Source: Candidatus Marinacidobacterales bacterium
GTDB lineage: Bacteria > Acidobacteriota > Vicinamibacteria > Marinacidobacterales > DATDRI01
DNA: 64,000 nucleotides
NCBI GenBank assembly: GCA_965226495.1
Contig: OZ245365.1
Coordinates: forward strand, 5,376,001-5,440,000
Direction: 5' to 3'
Part shown: one piece after another, positions 40,850 through 50,950 of the stretch
Numbering within the stretch: the first letter of the stretch is position 1
Layout: each line of letters begins with the position of its first letter
Program-made: the position numbers and the translations under genes
Notes under the pieces: model-generated
The model's input: only the letters and a program-made list of their open reading frames with translations
The model's database searches: none
Told to the model about the DNA's origin: nothing

Positions 40850-42223
40850 CTAGAAAAACCCCGCTACGCAAGCCGCTAGTTCGGCGCTTCCCACCGCCGG
40901 CCGTCGACGCAAATAGGCATCCAGGTCCCTCAACATCTCGGAACAGTCTTGATAACGATCGTCCGGCTCTTTCTTGAGCGCTCGGGCTGTCACTGCTTCC
41001 AACTCGATAGGAATCGCGGGGTTGAACGAGGATGGTGTCAAGAATTTGGCTGCCCTAACTCTTTCCAAAATGCTCATCTCCGAAGTCCCCATGAACAGGC
41101 TGCGTCCGGTCAGCATTTCGAAGAAGACAGCGCCCAAAGAGAAAATGTCTGACCGCTTGTCCATAGCTCGCCCCCATGCCTGCTCAGGCGACATGTAGAG
41201 AAGCTTGCCTCTAAGTGAGCCACTGTCGGTGGAGGGAGCTTTGATGGCCGCCTTGGCAATGCCAAAATCTACTAGCTTGACCTCCCCTTCCTTAGATATC
41301 AGGACGTTGGGAGGACTGACGTCTCGATGCACGATTTGAAGCGGCCTCCCCGATGAGTCGCAATGCCGGTGAGCGTACTCAAGGGCGGCGGCGACCTTCG
41401 CGATGATGAGTGCGGACAGATCCACGTCCAAAATCATTTCCTTTTCCTGGATCCTAGCCAGAATCGCCCGCAAGTCCCTTCCATCAACGTATTCCATCGC
41501 AATGTAATAGGTGTCCTCGATCTTACCTAGATCGAAAATCTGAACAATGTTCGGGTGAGAAAGGCCGGCCACCATCTTGGCCTCATTGATGAACATCTCC
41601 ACGAAATCCTTGTTGTCGGATAGGTGAGGGAGAATACGCTTGACGGCGAGCATCTTCTCGAAACCTTCCACTCCCCGGCGCGTGGCTCTAAAAACTTCTG
41701 CCATACCTCCCGTTGCAACTCGATCCGAGAGCAAGTACTGGCCGTACGCACCATCATCCTGTTTAGTTTCCGAGCTAACCAGCGTGTCCATGTTGTCGCC
41801 CAACTTGGAATCCTGGAGTAGCGTTGAATACGCGAGATCTACAAGGGAGTAGTGCTCCTTCGGGAGCTCAGTCGAAGGCTCAGGCCGGCCGGATGTGCCG
41901 AACGATTCTATAGAATTTGGATTCACTGAGACGGTATCGGGACTCATGAACGGCGCGGGTCGCGAGTGATCCGGAATCGGCGAAACGGCCTGCGACTTGG
42001 AATCGATCTTCGCAGCGGCCCCTCCCGGCGGGCTGGGACTCTCGGATTCGCCATCCTGAAGCTCATCGATGATCTCACCAAAAAGATCGCTCGAGGTCAG
42101 GAGGTCTCCTTCTTGTGCCTTTGGGGCGCGTCGTCGGACCTTCTCCGAGAGCCTGCCGGTGCCCCGTTCGAACTCGCGCGGGGCATTCGGGGACAAGGGA
42201 TTTTTGTCTTTGTCCTTCGCCAT
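40850..42223 (-). CDS. Hanks-type Ser/Thr protein kinase (cytoplasmic, low-complexity N-terminus)
   Basis: GGMAEVF, AVKR, HRDVSP, DFGIAK and YMSPEQ. Confidence 0.94.
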   Translation of the reverse strand: MAKDKDKNPLSPNAPREFERGTGRLSEKVRRRAPKAQEGDLLTSSDLFGEIIDELQDGESESPSPPGGAAAKIDSKSQAVSPIPDHSRPAPFMSPDTVSVNPNSIESFGTSGRPEPSTELPKEHYSLVDLAYSTLLQDSKLGDNMDTLVSSETKQDDGAYGQYLLSDRVATGGMAEVFRATRRGVEGFEKMLAVKRILPHLSDNKDFVEMFINEAKMVAGLSHPNIVQIFDLGKIEDTYYIAMEYVDGRDLRAILARIQEKEMILDVDLSALIIAKVAAALEYAHRHCDSSGRPLQIVHRDVSPPNVLISKEGEVKLVDFGIAKAAIKAPSTDSGSLRGKLLYMSPEQAWGRAMDKRSDIFSLGAVFFEMLTGRSLFMGTSEMSILERVRAAKFLTPSSFNPAIPIELEAVTARALKKEPDDRYQDCSEMLRDLDAYLRRRPAVGSAELAACVAGFF

Positions 42224-42469
42224 GGATGCCCCGATTCCCGCTCTCCTGGATTGAGTCAGTATACGGGACGGGGATGCTCACCGTCAAAGCCCTGCATTAA
42301 ATAGACTTGTTGTCCGCGCCGGCGGTTGGCGAGGCGTCGGTGCCAGACGCCGGGTGCGAGCAAGAGAGCCTACCTGAGGCGGAAGAACTCCGGCCTCGGT
42401 CAGCGCCGCTAGTTTGGAGAGAAGCCTTCGGAGCTAATACCGTTCCAGCTCGATTCGTTTAGAACGTGA

Positions 42470-43201
42470 CTAGGTCAGTTGGACCAGCACTAGTGGACCG
42501 CCATCGGTACCTGATCGACGTCCTCGGAAGCGACGCCGATCTGCGCCTGCTTCCTCTCCTTGAGCTCTTGGATTAGGGCTCTTGTTTTTGCCGGATCCGA
42601 CAGGTTGTCCTCGATGGCCTTCAGCACCTCGATGTCGTTGCGCCTGCTTCCTCTCCTTGAGCTCTTGGATTAGGGCTCTTGTTTTTGCCGGATCCGACAG
42701 GTTGTCCTCGATGGCCTTCAGCACCTCGATGTCGTTGCTGCCCTGATTCTTGAGAGCTTGTAACATCTTGTTGAAGTAGCCCGGAAGGTCCTCGAGAAAG
42801 TCGCGGTCGCGGAAACGAATGTCGAAGTTGACATCGCCTGCGCTGACGCGGTCGAGGCTCAGTTTCACCCGATACAACGGTCCTGCAATCTGGTTGCTCA
42901 AATATACGCCGATGATCCCCACCAGAATCATCCCGAAGAGCAGGATGAAACCGATGGCGACTGAGAACAACACCGGAGCGCTCAAGAGCGGCACCATTCC
43001 GCTGCGCGGAACCAAGTGATAGAACTGCAGAATGTGTCCCTCGTAGAAATAGTAGAGGATGATCGAGAAGAAGAGGGAGTTGGCAGCCCAGATGGCCAAA
43101 AGGAGCCCGATCAAACGGAACTGGAACGCTTTGTCTACAATGAGTCGGCGTCGTCGATTCCCTCGCCCTCCCTTAGGGCTCGGCTCGGCTTGACTGGTCA
43201 T
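42470..43201 (-). CDS. Two-TM/HAMP-like membrane protein; C-terminus frameshifted by a 97-bp tandem duplication (stop would otherwise be at 42490)
   Basis: RRRLIVDKAFQFR and SNQIAGPLYR...IRFRDRD. Without the duplication it ends QAQIGVASEDVDQVPMAVH*. Confidence 0.75.
   Translation of the reverse strand: MTSQAEPSPKGGRGNRRRRLIVDKAFQFRLIGLLLAIWAANSLFFSIILYYFYEGHILQFYHLVPRSGMVPLLSAPVLFSVAIGFILLFGMILVGIIGVYLSNQIAGPLYRVKLSLDRVSAGDVNFDIRFRDRDFLEDLPGYFNKMLQALKNQGSNDIEVLKAIEDNLSDPAKTRALIQELKERKQAQRHRGAEGHRGQPVGSGKNKSPNPRAQGEEAGADRRRFRGRRSGTDGGPLVLVQLT
42542..42738. repeat. Exact 97-bp direct tandem duplication
   Basis: 42542-42638 equals 42639-42735, with TGC microhomology at the junction. Confidence 0.95.
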
Positions 43202-43445
43202 AGGAACCTCCACGTATGCCTGCAATCGTGTTGGACTGCGGGCGAACAAAACGACCACCCGCGAGCAGCTTAATTGCGGTTCCGCAAGCTCGGATTAAGA
43301 AATACTAGAATCTGTAAATGAGAGAGATAACACAATTAGTGTATCACGGGTGGTGGGGAGCGGCAAGAGGCCTAGGGACGGACGGACACGGCCAAGCTTC
43401 GACGGTCGCCACCAATTAAGCCTTTACCTGTAGCGGCTTAGAGGC

Positions 43446-44084
43446 TCAGCCCAACGAGCGTCCGGGCATATAAAAGCGGGTCCCGCCGCCGAGGGACTCC
43501 ATCTCGTGGATCAAATCGTCGAGCCCCGTACTGGGATGGGAGAAGTCTACATCGGCGGCGTTGACGACCAAAAGGGGGGTCGCTGAGTAGTGGAAGAAAA
43601 AATAATCGTAAGCCTTCACTAACTCACGGAGGTAGGTCTCGCCTGGGCCGGCGTCGGCTCGGCGGGTTTTCGACTTCAGCCGCTTGATGAGAACCTCGGC
43701 CGGTGCCTGAAGGTAAATCACCAACTCGGGTGGTGGAACTTCCCCCTCCAACACGCGGTAGATTTTTTCGTAGAGCATCAGCTCCGTGTCATCGAGATTG
43801 AGATACGCGAAGACCTTGTCCTTAGCAAAGATGAAGTCGCAAGCGGTCACCTGACGAAAGAGCTCGCGTTGAGCCAATTCGGAGAGTTGGCGGTAGCGGC
43901 TAAGGAGGAAGAACATCTGAGTTTGGAAAGCCGCTCCCGGTTTCTCGTGATAGAAATCGCGCAGAAAAGGGTTCTCGGAGGACTCCAGAACGACGGAGGC
44001 TTCCAGGTGAGCCGCCAGGCGTTCGACGAGGGCAGTCTTCCCAACCCCCGGAGGCCCCTCTACCGAAATGTAGCGTAGGTTCAT
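43446..44084 (-). CDS. Deoxynucleoside kinase
   Basis: EGPPGVGKT, NPFLRDFY and AFQTQMFFLLSRY. Follows folK, a common arrangement. Confidence 0.92.
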   Translation of the reverse strand: MNLRYISVEGPPGVGKTALVERLAAHLEASVVLESSENPFLRDFYHEKPGAAFQTQMFFLLSRYRQLSELAQRELFRQVTACDFIFAKDKVFAYLNLDDTELMLYEKIYRVLEGEVPPPELVIYLQAPAEVLIKRLKSKTRRADAGPGETYLRELVKAYDYFFFHYSATPLLVVNAADVDFSHPSTGLDDLIHEMESLGGGTRFYMPGRSLG

Positions 44085-44608
44085 CGCAAGCTCACCGTAC
44101 GAAGAATCGGGGGTGGAGCAACCCGCACCACGGATGCCGTGTCGAGAGACTGACGGAGCAGCTCCTTGGCGGACAGGCCCAAGGTGGGGTGAACCCAATC
44201 CGGAGCGATCTCCGCAAGGGGAACCAGGACGAATCTCCTGAGGTGCAGTCGCGGGTGTGGTAGGGTGAGCTCGGGAGTCGCGACCGCTTCCTCCCCCACC
44301 ATCAGGAGGTCTAGGTCGATCGGACGCGGATCGTGATGGCCGCTACGGGTCCTTTGCCGACCTTGACGCGTTTCGATCTCTTGACAGATGGAAAGCAAGT
44401 CCCGTGGTTCAAATGGGCTAGTCACTCTGGCAACCGCATTCGTGAACCAGGGCTGGGACAGAGCCTCCACGGGCTCGGTGTGGTAAAGGCTCGAGACCTT
44501 GTCTACCGCGATCGACCTCTCCCCCAGCTGCTGCAATGCCAAAGAGACTTGCGCAGCAGGGTCGTCGAGGTTCGAGCCCAGACCTATGAATCCTTCCTGG
44601 GAGGACAC
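44081..44608 (-). CDS. folK: 2-amino-4-hydroxy-6-hydroxymethyldihydropteridine diphosphokinase
   Basis: IGLGSNL, PRPIDLDLL and LPHPRLHLRRFVLVPL. Confidence 0.95.
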   Translation of the reverse strand: MSSQEGFIGLGSNLDDPAAQVSLALQQLGERSIAVDKVSSLYHTEPVEALSQPWFTNAVARVTSPFEPRDLLSICQEIETRQGRQRTRSGHHDPRPIDLDLLMVGEEAVATPELTLPHPRLHLRRFVLVPLAEIAPDWVHPTLGLSAKELLRQSLDTASVVRVAPPPILRTVSLR

Positions 44609-44842
44609 GCGAGATTATAGGCATGGCGGCGGCGGGGATCAATGCGAGCCGATCTTTTGACAGCAATAGGAGCGGCCAACTAACATTCCACTGGCTCTGG
44701 CTAGGGCCGTCTGGCGCGTGGGATAGTGGTAACTCCGCCTGGTGACGGCTCGGGTTACGTGGTGTAATGACGGCCTTCAAGCTCGGTACCTTCGATACTG
44801 AGGCCGAACACGGACCACTACGTTCCATCGAGGTGCACTGCC

Positions 44843-46636
44843 ATGAAATTCGAAACTCTGAACGAGCTCTTCTTTGTAGCTATGGAGACTCACCGGAAGC
44901 CCGACGTGATTCGATACAAGTCGGAGGGCGTTTGGCGCTCGGTGTCCTGGACCGAAATGCTGGAACGGGTTCGCGACTTGGCCCTAGGATTTCATGAGCT
45001 CGGCGTGAAACAAGGCGACCGAGTCGTGCTCCTCTCGGAAAACCGACTCGAGTGGTTCCTCATCGACAAAGCACTTCACGTCCTCGGAGCGGCCAGCGTC
45101 CCTATCTACTCGAGCCTCCCCGCCCCGCAAGTGTCTTACATCGTGCGCGACTCCGAGTCGAAGGTCGTGATCACCTCTTCACCCCAGCAGCAAGCGAAAG
45201 TGGCCGAGACCCGCGGCGAGTTGACCGACGTGGAACACGTGATTCGCATCGACCCTCCGGGTGACAGCGAGCTGGATAGCTTGGCGCTTGACGAGGTCTT
45301 CCTCCGGGGAGCGGAGAAGGCAGCCAAAGAGCCCGAGCTCCATCGTCGGTTGGCCGCGAAGGTAACCCCGCAAGACCTGGCCAGCATCATCTACACATCT
45401 GGTACGACGGGCGACCCAAAGGGCGTCATGCTGACGCACGACAACTTCGTTTCAAATGTAAAGGCATCCTTGGAGGTCTTGCCCATTACCAAGGACGATG
45501 TGGCACTATCCGCTCTTCCCTATAGTCACGTCTTCGAAAGAATGGTCGCCCACTATCTCTATCCGTGCGCGGGTACCACCATCGCGATAGCCGAAAGCGT
45601 CGACAAGGTCGTGGATAACTTGGCGGAGATCCGACCCACCGTGATGACCTTCGTCCCTCGCTTTTACGAAAAGATGTACGCCCGTGTGCTGGAGGCGGTG
45701 TCCCAGGGGAGTCCTCTGAAACGAAAGATTTTCTGGTGGGCGGTCTCGGTGGGTCGGGAGCATGGCCGCTACCGCTTGAGAGGCAATAGGCCGCCCTTTC
45801 TCTTGGATCTCAAGTACAAGATCGCAACCGCCTTGGCTTTCAAAAAACTACAGCAGCGGGTTGGGGGTCGTTTAAGGTTCTTCATTTCCGGCGGCGCGCC
45901 ACTGTCCAAGGAGATCGCAGAATTCTTCTGGGCAGCGGGCATCACGATTCTGGAAGGGTACGGCCTTAGCGAGACGTCCCCCGTCATTGCCGTGAACCGG
46001 CCCGGTGCCATCCGATTCGGCACTGTCGGTCCAATCGCCCCGGGGGTTGAGGTCAAGATCGCCGAGGATCAAGAGATCCTGGCCCGCGGGCCCAACATCA
46101 TGAAGGGCTATTACAAGAACGAGGCGGCTACACGGGAAGCCATCGACCCCGACGGCTGGTTTCACACCGGAGACGTTGGCCACCTAGATGCGGATGGTTT
46201 TCTCGTTATCACCGACCGCAAGAAAGATCTCATCGTCACTGCGGGAGGGAAAAAGATCGCGCCACAGCCGATCGAGAACCTGCTGAAGACCAACCCTTAC
46301 GTCGAAGAGATCGTGCTCATCGGCAACGCCCGCCGCTTCACGGCCGCTCTCGTCGTGCCTGATTTCGAACATCTCCATAAATGGACACTCGAACAAGGAA
46401 TCAAATCCTTCAATAAACAGGAACTGGTGCGTAACCAAAATTTGATCGACTTCATTCAAAAGCAGATCGATGAAATGAGCTCGCACTTGGCGCAGTTCGA
46501 AAGGATCAAGAAGGTCTGTTTGCTCCCCAAGGCGTTCACTCTCGAAAGCGGAGAGCTTACCCCCACTCTCAAGGTCAAGAGAAAAGTCGTGGAGAGTCGC
46601 TACAAGAGCCAGATCGATCAACTATACTCATCATGA
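44843..46636 (+). CDS. Long-chain fatty acid-CoA ligase
   Basis: YTSGTTGDPKGVMLTH, EGYGLSE and GWFHTGD. Confidence 0.93.
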   Translation: MKFETLNELFFVAMETHRKPDVIRYKSEGVWRSVSWTEMLERVRDLALGFHELGVKQGDRVVLLSENRLEWFLIDKALHVLGAASVPIYSSLPAPQVSYIVRDSESKVVITSSPQQQAKVAETRGELTDVEHVIRIDPPGDSELDSLALDEVFLRGAEKAAKEPELHRRLAAKVTPQDLASIIYTSGTTGDPKGVMLTHDNFVSNVKASLEVLPITKDDVALSALPYSHVFERMVAHYLYPCAGTTIAIAESVDKVVDNLAEIRPTVMTFVPRFYEKMYARVLEAVSQGSPLKRKIFWWAVSVGREHGRYRLRGNRPPFLLDLKYKIATALAFKKLQQRVGGRLRFFISGGAPLSKEIAEFFWAAGITILEGYGLSETSPVIAVNRPGAIRFGTVGPIAPGVEVKIAEDQEILARGPNIMKGYYKNEAATREAIDPDGWFHTGDVGHLDADGFLVITDRKKDLIVTAGGKKIAPQPIENLLKTNPYVEEIVLIGNARRFTAALVVPDFEHLHKWTLEQGIKSFNKQELVRNQNLIDFIQKQIDEMSSHLAQFERIKKVCLLPKAFTLESGELTPTLKVKRKVVESRYKSQIDQLYSS

Positions 46637-48075
46637 AGCGAGAGTACGAAACGGTCATCGGACTGGAGATCCACGCCCAGCTACAGACCGCGACGAAGCT
46701 TTTTTGCGGCTGCCTCACCAACTTCGGAGATCCTCCCAACACTCACGTATGCCCGGTCTGCCTGGGTCTTCCTGGTGCGCTGCCAGTATTGAACCGCAAG
46801 GCCGTGGACCTGGCGCTCCGGATGGTGCTCGCGGTGGGTTGTCGGGTCAACGAGAAGTCCGTCTTCGCAAGGAAAAATTACTTCTATCCTGACCTACCAA
46901 AGGGCTACCAAATTTCTCAATACGACCTACCCTTGGCGGTCGACGGAAAGCTCAACATCAAGGCCGGTGATCAAGAAAAGACGATCCGAATAACCCGAAT
47001 CCACCTGGAGGAAGACGCGGGAAAACTCCTGCACGAAGGTTTCGAAGATGCCGCGAACCAGAGTGGCGTCGACTACAACCGGAGTGGGGTGCCACTCATC
47101 GAGATCGTGAGCGAGCCCGATATTAGGAGCTCGGAGGAGGCGGTCGCCTATGCACAAAACATCAAAACGATCCTCGAGTATACCGAGGTCTCCGACGCCA
47201 ACATGGAAGAAGGCAATTTGCGTTGTGATGTAAACGTCTCGGTGCGACCGGTCGGCGAGCAACAACTCGGAACCAAAGTTGAGATCAAGAACCTCAATTC
47301 GTTTCGCTTCGTGGCGCGGGCAGTCGAATACGAGCTCGAACGTCAAGTGGAAACACTCGAGGCGGGCGATACCGTGATTCAAGAAACTAGACTCTACGAT
47401 ACCGTCAGCGGCCAAACCCAGCCCATGCGAACGAAGGAACAGGCCCACGATTACCGCTACTTCCCCGAGCCCGATCTGCCTCCTCTACGAGTCGGAAGCG
47501 CCTGGGTAGAACGTGCGCGCACCAATCTACCGGAGCTGCCAGAACCCAAGAAGACCCGATTCATCGAGCAATACGGGATTCCAGCCTATGATGCGGGCGT
47601 TCTTACCACATCTCGAGCGGTGGCAGATTACTTCGAGGCCGCTGCTGCCACGGCGAGGAACGCCAAGGCGGCGAGTAACTGGGTCATGTCGGAATCACTT
47701 CGCAAGATGAACGAGACCGGAGTGGGACTCGACGTCTCGCCGGTGGAACCGGAAGCCCTCGGCGAAATGATAAGACTCATCGACGATGGGACGATTAGCG
47801 GCAAGATCGGCAAGGAGCTCTTCGAAAAGATGTACTCAACCGGGGAGCAGCCCCGCGCGCTCATCGAAAAGGAAGGGTTGACTCAAATCACCGATCACTC
47901 CGCCATCGCAGAGGTAGCCCGTACTGTGCTTGCCGAGAACGTAAAACAGGTCGAGCAGTATCGTGGGGGGAAAACGAAAGTCCTCGGATGGCTGGTGGGA
48001 CAAGTAATGAAGGCCACGCGGGGCAAAGCCAATCCCAATCTCGTGGGCGAGGTTCTCAAAGACCTGTTAAAGTAA
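46633..48075 (+). CDS. gatB: Asp-tRNA(Asn)/Glu-tRNA(Gln) amidotransferase subunit B
   Basis: IGLEIHAQL, RKNYFYPDLPKGYQISQ and DYRYFPEPDL. Confidence 0.97.
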   Translation: MKREYETVIGLEIHAQLQTATKLFCGCLTNFGDPPNTHVCPVCLGLPGALPVLNRKAVDLALRMVLAVGCRVNEKSVFARKNYFYPDLPKGYQISQYDLPLAVDGKLNIKAGDQEKTIRITRIHLEEDAGKLLHEGFEDAANQSGVDYNRSGVPLIEIVSEPDIRSSEEAVAYAQNIKTILEYTEVSDANMEEGNLRCDVNVSVRPVGEQQLGTKVEIKNLNSFRFVARAVEYELERQVETLEAGDTVIQETRLYDTVSGQTQPMRTKEQAHDYRYFPEPDLPPLRVGSAWVERARTNLPELPEPKKTRFIEQYGIPAYDAGVLTTSRAVADYFEAAAATARNAKAASNWVMSESLRKMNETGVGLDVSPVEPEALGEMIRLIDDGTISGKIGKELFEKMYSTGEQPRALIEKEGLTQITDHSAIAEVARTVLAENVKQVEQYRGGKTKVLGWLVGQVMKATRGKANPNLVGEVLKDLLK

Positions 48076-48103
48076 ACTCGGCGCGGGAGCGACGGGAGCG
48101 GCA

Positions 48104-48760
48104 ATGATCCAGACGTACCACGTCTATAAGCAATACAACCGCGAGTCCGCTGCCCTCAGCGACATCACTCTCAAAGTCGACAAGGGCGAGTTCGCTTTCC
48201 TGACCGGCCCCAGCGGTGCAGGCAAGACCACCTTCCTGAAGCTCATCTTCCGAGAAGAGTCACCTACCCAAGGCCAGATTCTCGTGAACGGCCGCAACGT
48301 ATCGGCCATCCCTGAATCCAAGATTCCGTTCTTGCGCCGGAGCATTGGTGTGGTGTTCCAGGACTTCAAGCTGCTAAAAAGGAAAACGGTATTCGAGAAC
48401 GTCGCCTTCGTTTTGAGGGTCATGGGAGTTCCCAAAACCGAAAGAAAGCGGCGCGCCTTCAAAATCCTCAAACAGGTTGGGCTTCATCACAAGATGCACG
48501 CTTTCCCCCTACAACTCTCCGGGGGCGAGCAGCAACGGGTTGCGGTCGCGCGCGCTCTCATCAACGAGCCCGTCCTATTGCTCGCCGACGAGCCCACCGG
48601 CAACCTCGACCCCGAGCTCGCTTACGAGATCATGCAGCTCTTCAGGGAGATCAACAATCGAGGAACGACGGTGCTCGTCGCCACACACGACCGAGAGCTG
48701 ATTACCCGCTTGGGTAAACGAGTCATTCTGCTAGAAGACGGCAGGGTAATGGAGAGCTAA
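48104..48760 (+). CDS. ftsE: Cell division ATP-binding protein FtsE
   Basis: [29 protein letters not shown] and [11 protein letters not shown]. Confidence 0.93.
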   Translation: MIQTYHVYKQYNRESAALSDITLKVDKGEFAFLTGPSGAGKTTFLKLIFREESPTQGQILVNGRNVSAIPESKIPFLRRSIGVVFQDFKLLKRKTVFENVAFVLRVMGVPKTERKRRAFKILKQVGLHHKMHAFPLQLSGGEQQRVAVARALINEPVLLLADEPTGNLDPELAYEIMQLFREINNRGTTVLVATHDRELITRLGKRVILLEDGRVMES

Positions 48761-48772
48761 CCTCGTCCGCGA

Positions 48773-48987
48773 AGCCCTCAGCCCGTGCGGAGCTTCAGCC
48801 GACGCGCAGCGCAGAGCGCGTGGCGGCCCGGCGACCTGGGGTGGGGCCCAACGCGCGCACTAACGGGCCGGAGGCCCGCCGGCCAGGAGGAATTGAGATC
48901 GAGTTGCGGCGCAAGGGAACCTGGCCGTGGTTTTAGGCGCGAGCGAAGAGCGAGCGCCAGGCGTTGGGGGTGGGGCCCCAACGCCAC
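48773..48987. repeat. REP-like intergenic element
   Basis: Two ggggtggggccc(c)aacgc motifs, at about 48838 and 48967. The second forms the hairpin gcgttgggg/ccccaacgc. Related to 9170-9356. Confidence 0.55.
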
Positions 48988-49607
48988 TAATCTAAAAGAT
49001 AAGCCCTGACGCGGGCGACGACCAAATCCAGTGCCACTTGGTTCTCCGCACCCTCCGGAATTATGAGATCCGCGTACCGTTTGGAGGGTTCAACGAATTC
49101 CAGGTGCATCGGGCGGACCGACTCCAGATATTGCTGCGTAACCGTCTCCAAGTCTCGGCCCCGATCCAAGATGTCACGGCGCAGTCTGCGAAGCAGTCTG
49201 ACATCGGCGTCCGTGTCGATATAGAGCTTGATGTCCAGCAGCCGTCTTAGACGTTCCTCGTCCAAAACCAGGATGCCTTCTAGGACCATGATGTGCTTGG
49301 GCTGCACCAGCCCGCCGGTTTCCTTCCTCGCGTGGGCTACGTAGTCATAAGTCAGCTTGGGCACCGGCCTGCCGTTCTTCAACTCTCCGACGTGGTGAAA
49401 AAGCAGGTCGTTGTCGAAGGCCCGTGGATGGTCGTAGTTGATCTTGGTTCGCTCCTCGAGGGATAGCTCCCGGTGGTCGTGATAGTAGGCATCCTGGGAG
49501 ATGAGCACCGTGTTCTCCGAACCGACCGCCTCGATCATTGCCGCGGCGAAGCTGGTCTTGCCGGAGCCGGTTCCACCGGCGATACCGATCAGAACTGACT
49601 TGGCCAT
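48987..49607 (-). CDS. udk: Uridine kinase
   Basis: IGIAGGTGSGKT, NYDHP and FVEPSKRYADLIIP. Confidence 0.95.
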   Translation of the reverse strand: MAKSVLIGIAGGTGSGKTSFAAAMIEAVGSENTVLISQDAYYHDHRELSLEERTKINYDHPRAFDNDLLFHHVGELKNGRPVPKLTYDYVAHARKETGGLVQPKHIMVLEGILVLDEERLRRLLDIKLYIDTDADVRLLRRLRRDILDRGRDLETVTQQYLESVRPMHLEFVEPSKRYADLIIPEGAENQVALDLVVARVRAYLLD

Positions 49608-49690
49608 GACGCTATGAGTCTGCGGTCAAACCAAGGCGGGGTCAAATCGTAAATGGGGAGAGGCGGCCTGGAGTATAATGGACACGCCCG

Positions 49691-50599
49691 ATGCATCTCC
49701 TGCACGCGATCGGCTATTGTTTCGAAGAGGCCTTCGCCGAATTGTGGCGGAACCGTCTGGTCAATCTGGTCTCGATCGGCACGATTGCCGTTTCCCTCGT
49801 CATTCTCGGCATCTTCGCCGGCTTATCCACCAACCTCAACGTCCTTCTGGAGGGTTGGTCCAATCGGGTGCAGGTCACCGCCTATTTGAGGGACGACGTC
49901 CCCGGCGCCGACCGAGAAGAGCTGGAATCCCTTCTCGCGTCTCTAGACGAGGTAGAGTCCTTCGAGTTTGTCTCCAAGGAACAAGCCGTCGAGAGATTCC
50001 GTTCTTATTTCCCCGAGCTCGAGGGTCTCCCCGGCATGCTGGAGTCCAACCCGTTGCCGGCGTCCTTCGAGGTACAGATCGCGGATGGGCATCGTGCTCC
50101 CGAGGATGTGCACCGATTCGCCGATGCACTTAAGGACAGGGCCGGTGTCGAAGGCGTGGACTATGATCTGCTGTGGATCGAACGCTTGACCGCCATTATC
50201 GACCTCATTCGAGTCGTCGGCGTCTTCATCGGCGGGGCGATGGTGGTCGCGGCGATCTTCACCATTTTCAACGTCGTGAAGCTCACCGTCTACGGCCGAC
50301 AGGACGAGATCGGCATCATGCGCCTGGTGGGCGCGACTCACACGTACATTCGGGGACCGTTCTTGGTCGAGGGAATGCTGCAGGGAGGTCTAGGGGGTTC
50401 GTTAGCTCTCGGCCTTCTCTACCTGGCACAGCAATTCTTACTCCGAGAAGTGCTTTCTTCTTCACGTTTGGTGCTCGACGTCAGTTGGCTCACCTTCTTG
50501 TCGCCTCAGGCCTTGGGGATGATCGTTTTAGGAGGGATGATGGTGGGGCTTTTGGGGAGTACGCTGTCCGTTCGCCGGTTCTTGAAGAGCTCCGTTTAG
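49691..50599 (+). CDS. ftsX: Cell division permease FtsX
   Basis: NPLPASF and EIGIMRLVGAT...IRGPFLVEG. TATAAT at 49674-49679. Confidence 0.93.
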   Translation: MHLLHAIGYCFEEAFAELWRNRLVNLVSIGTIAVSLVILGIFAGLSTNLNVLLEGWSNRVQVTAYLRDDVPGADREELESLLASLDEVESFEFVSKEQAVERFRSYFPELEGLPGMLESNPLPASFEVQIADGHRAPEDVHRFADALKDRAGVEGVDYDLLWIERLTAIIDLIRVVGVFIGGAMVVAAIFTIFNVVKLTVYGRQDEIGIMRLVGATHTYIRGPFLVEGMLQGGLGGSLALGLLYLAQQFLLREVLSSSRLVLDVSWLTFLSPQALGMIVLGGMMVGLLGSTLSVRRFLKSSV

Positions 50600-50715
50600 T
50601 TCCTGCTGGCCGCCAAATTTGGATGTTGCTTTGACCGGAAGTGCCCAGGCGGTCCTTGAGCCGTTCAGGGCACCCAAACTATGTGGTTGCCGTAAGCGGA
50701 AGTGGTCAGGGGCCG

Positions 50716-50948
50716 GTGCTCGACGCCGGTTGGCTTACTTTCTTGTCGCCCCAGGCCTGGGCGATGATCGTCTTGGGGGGGATGATGGTGGGACTCTTGG
50801 GGAGCACCTTGTCCGTTCGCCGGTTTTTGCGGAGCTCGGTGTGAGTCCATGTGGCCGCCGCAAGAGGGTGGGTGGTCAAGGCCCGCTAAAATGCGTGGTT
50901 GCCTTTAACCGGACGTGACCAGGCGGTCCTTAGAGGCCGTTCAGGCGA
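50716..50948 (+). pseudogene. Diverged duplicate of the ftsX 3' end and downstream sequence
   Basis: 50716-50844 encodes VLDAGWLTFLSPQAWAMIVLGGMMVGLLGSTLSVRRFLRSSV*, against ftsX VLDVSWLTFLSPQALGMIVLGGMMVGLLGSTLSVRRFLKSSV*. The downstream ccaggcggtcctt..gccgttcagg is also repeated. Confidence 0.85.
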
Positions 50949-50950
50949 CT

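Noticed and set aside
43349-43414. tRNA-like segment GGTGGTG...TTCGA...CGCCACCA
   Set aside because: A 7-bp acceptor-like stem is possible, but the segment is only 66 nt and has no valid D, anticodon or T arm geometry.
50471-50844. DGR template/variable repeat pair
   Set aside because: The mismatches are not confined to adenines and there is no reverse transcriptase in the window.
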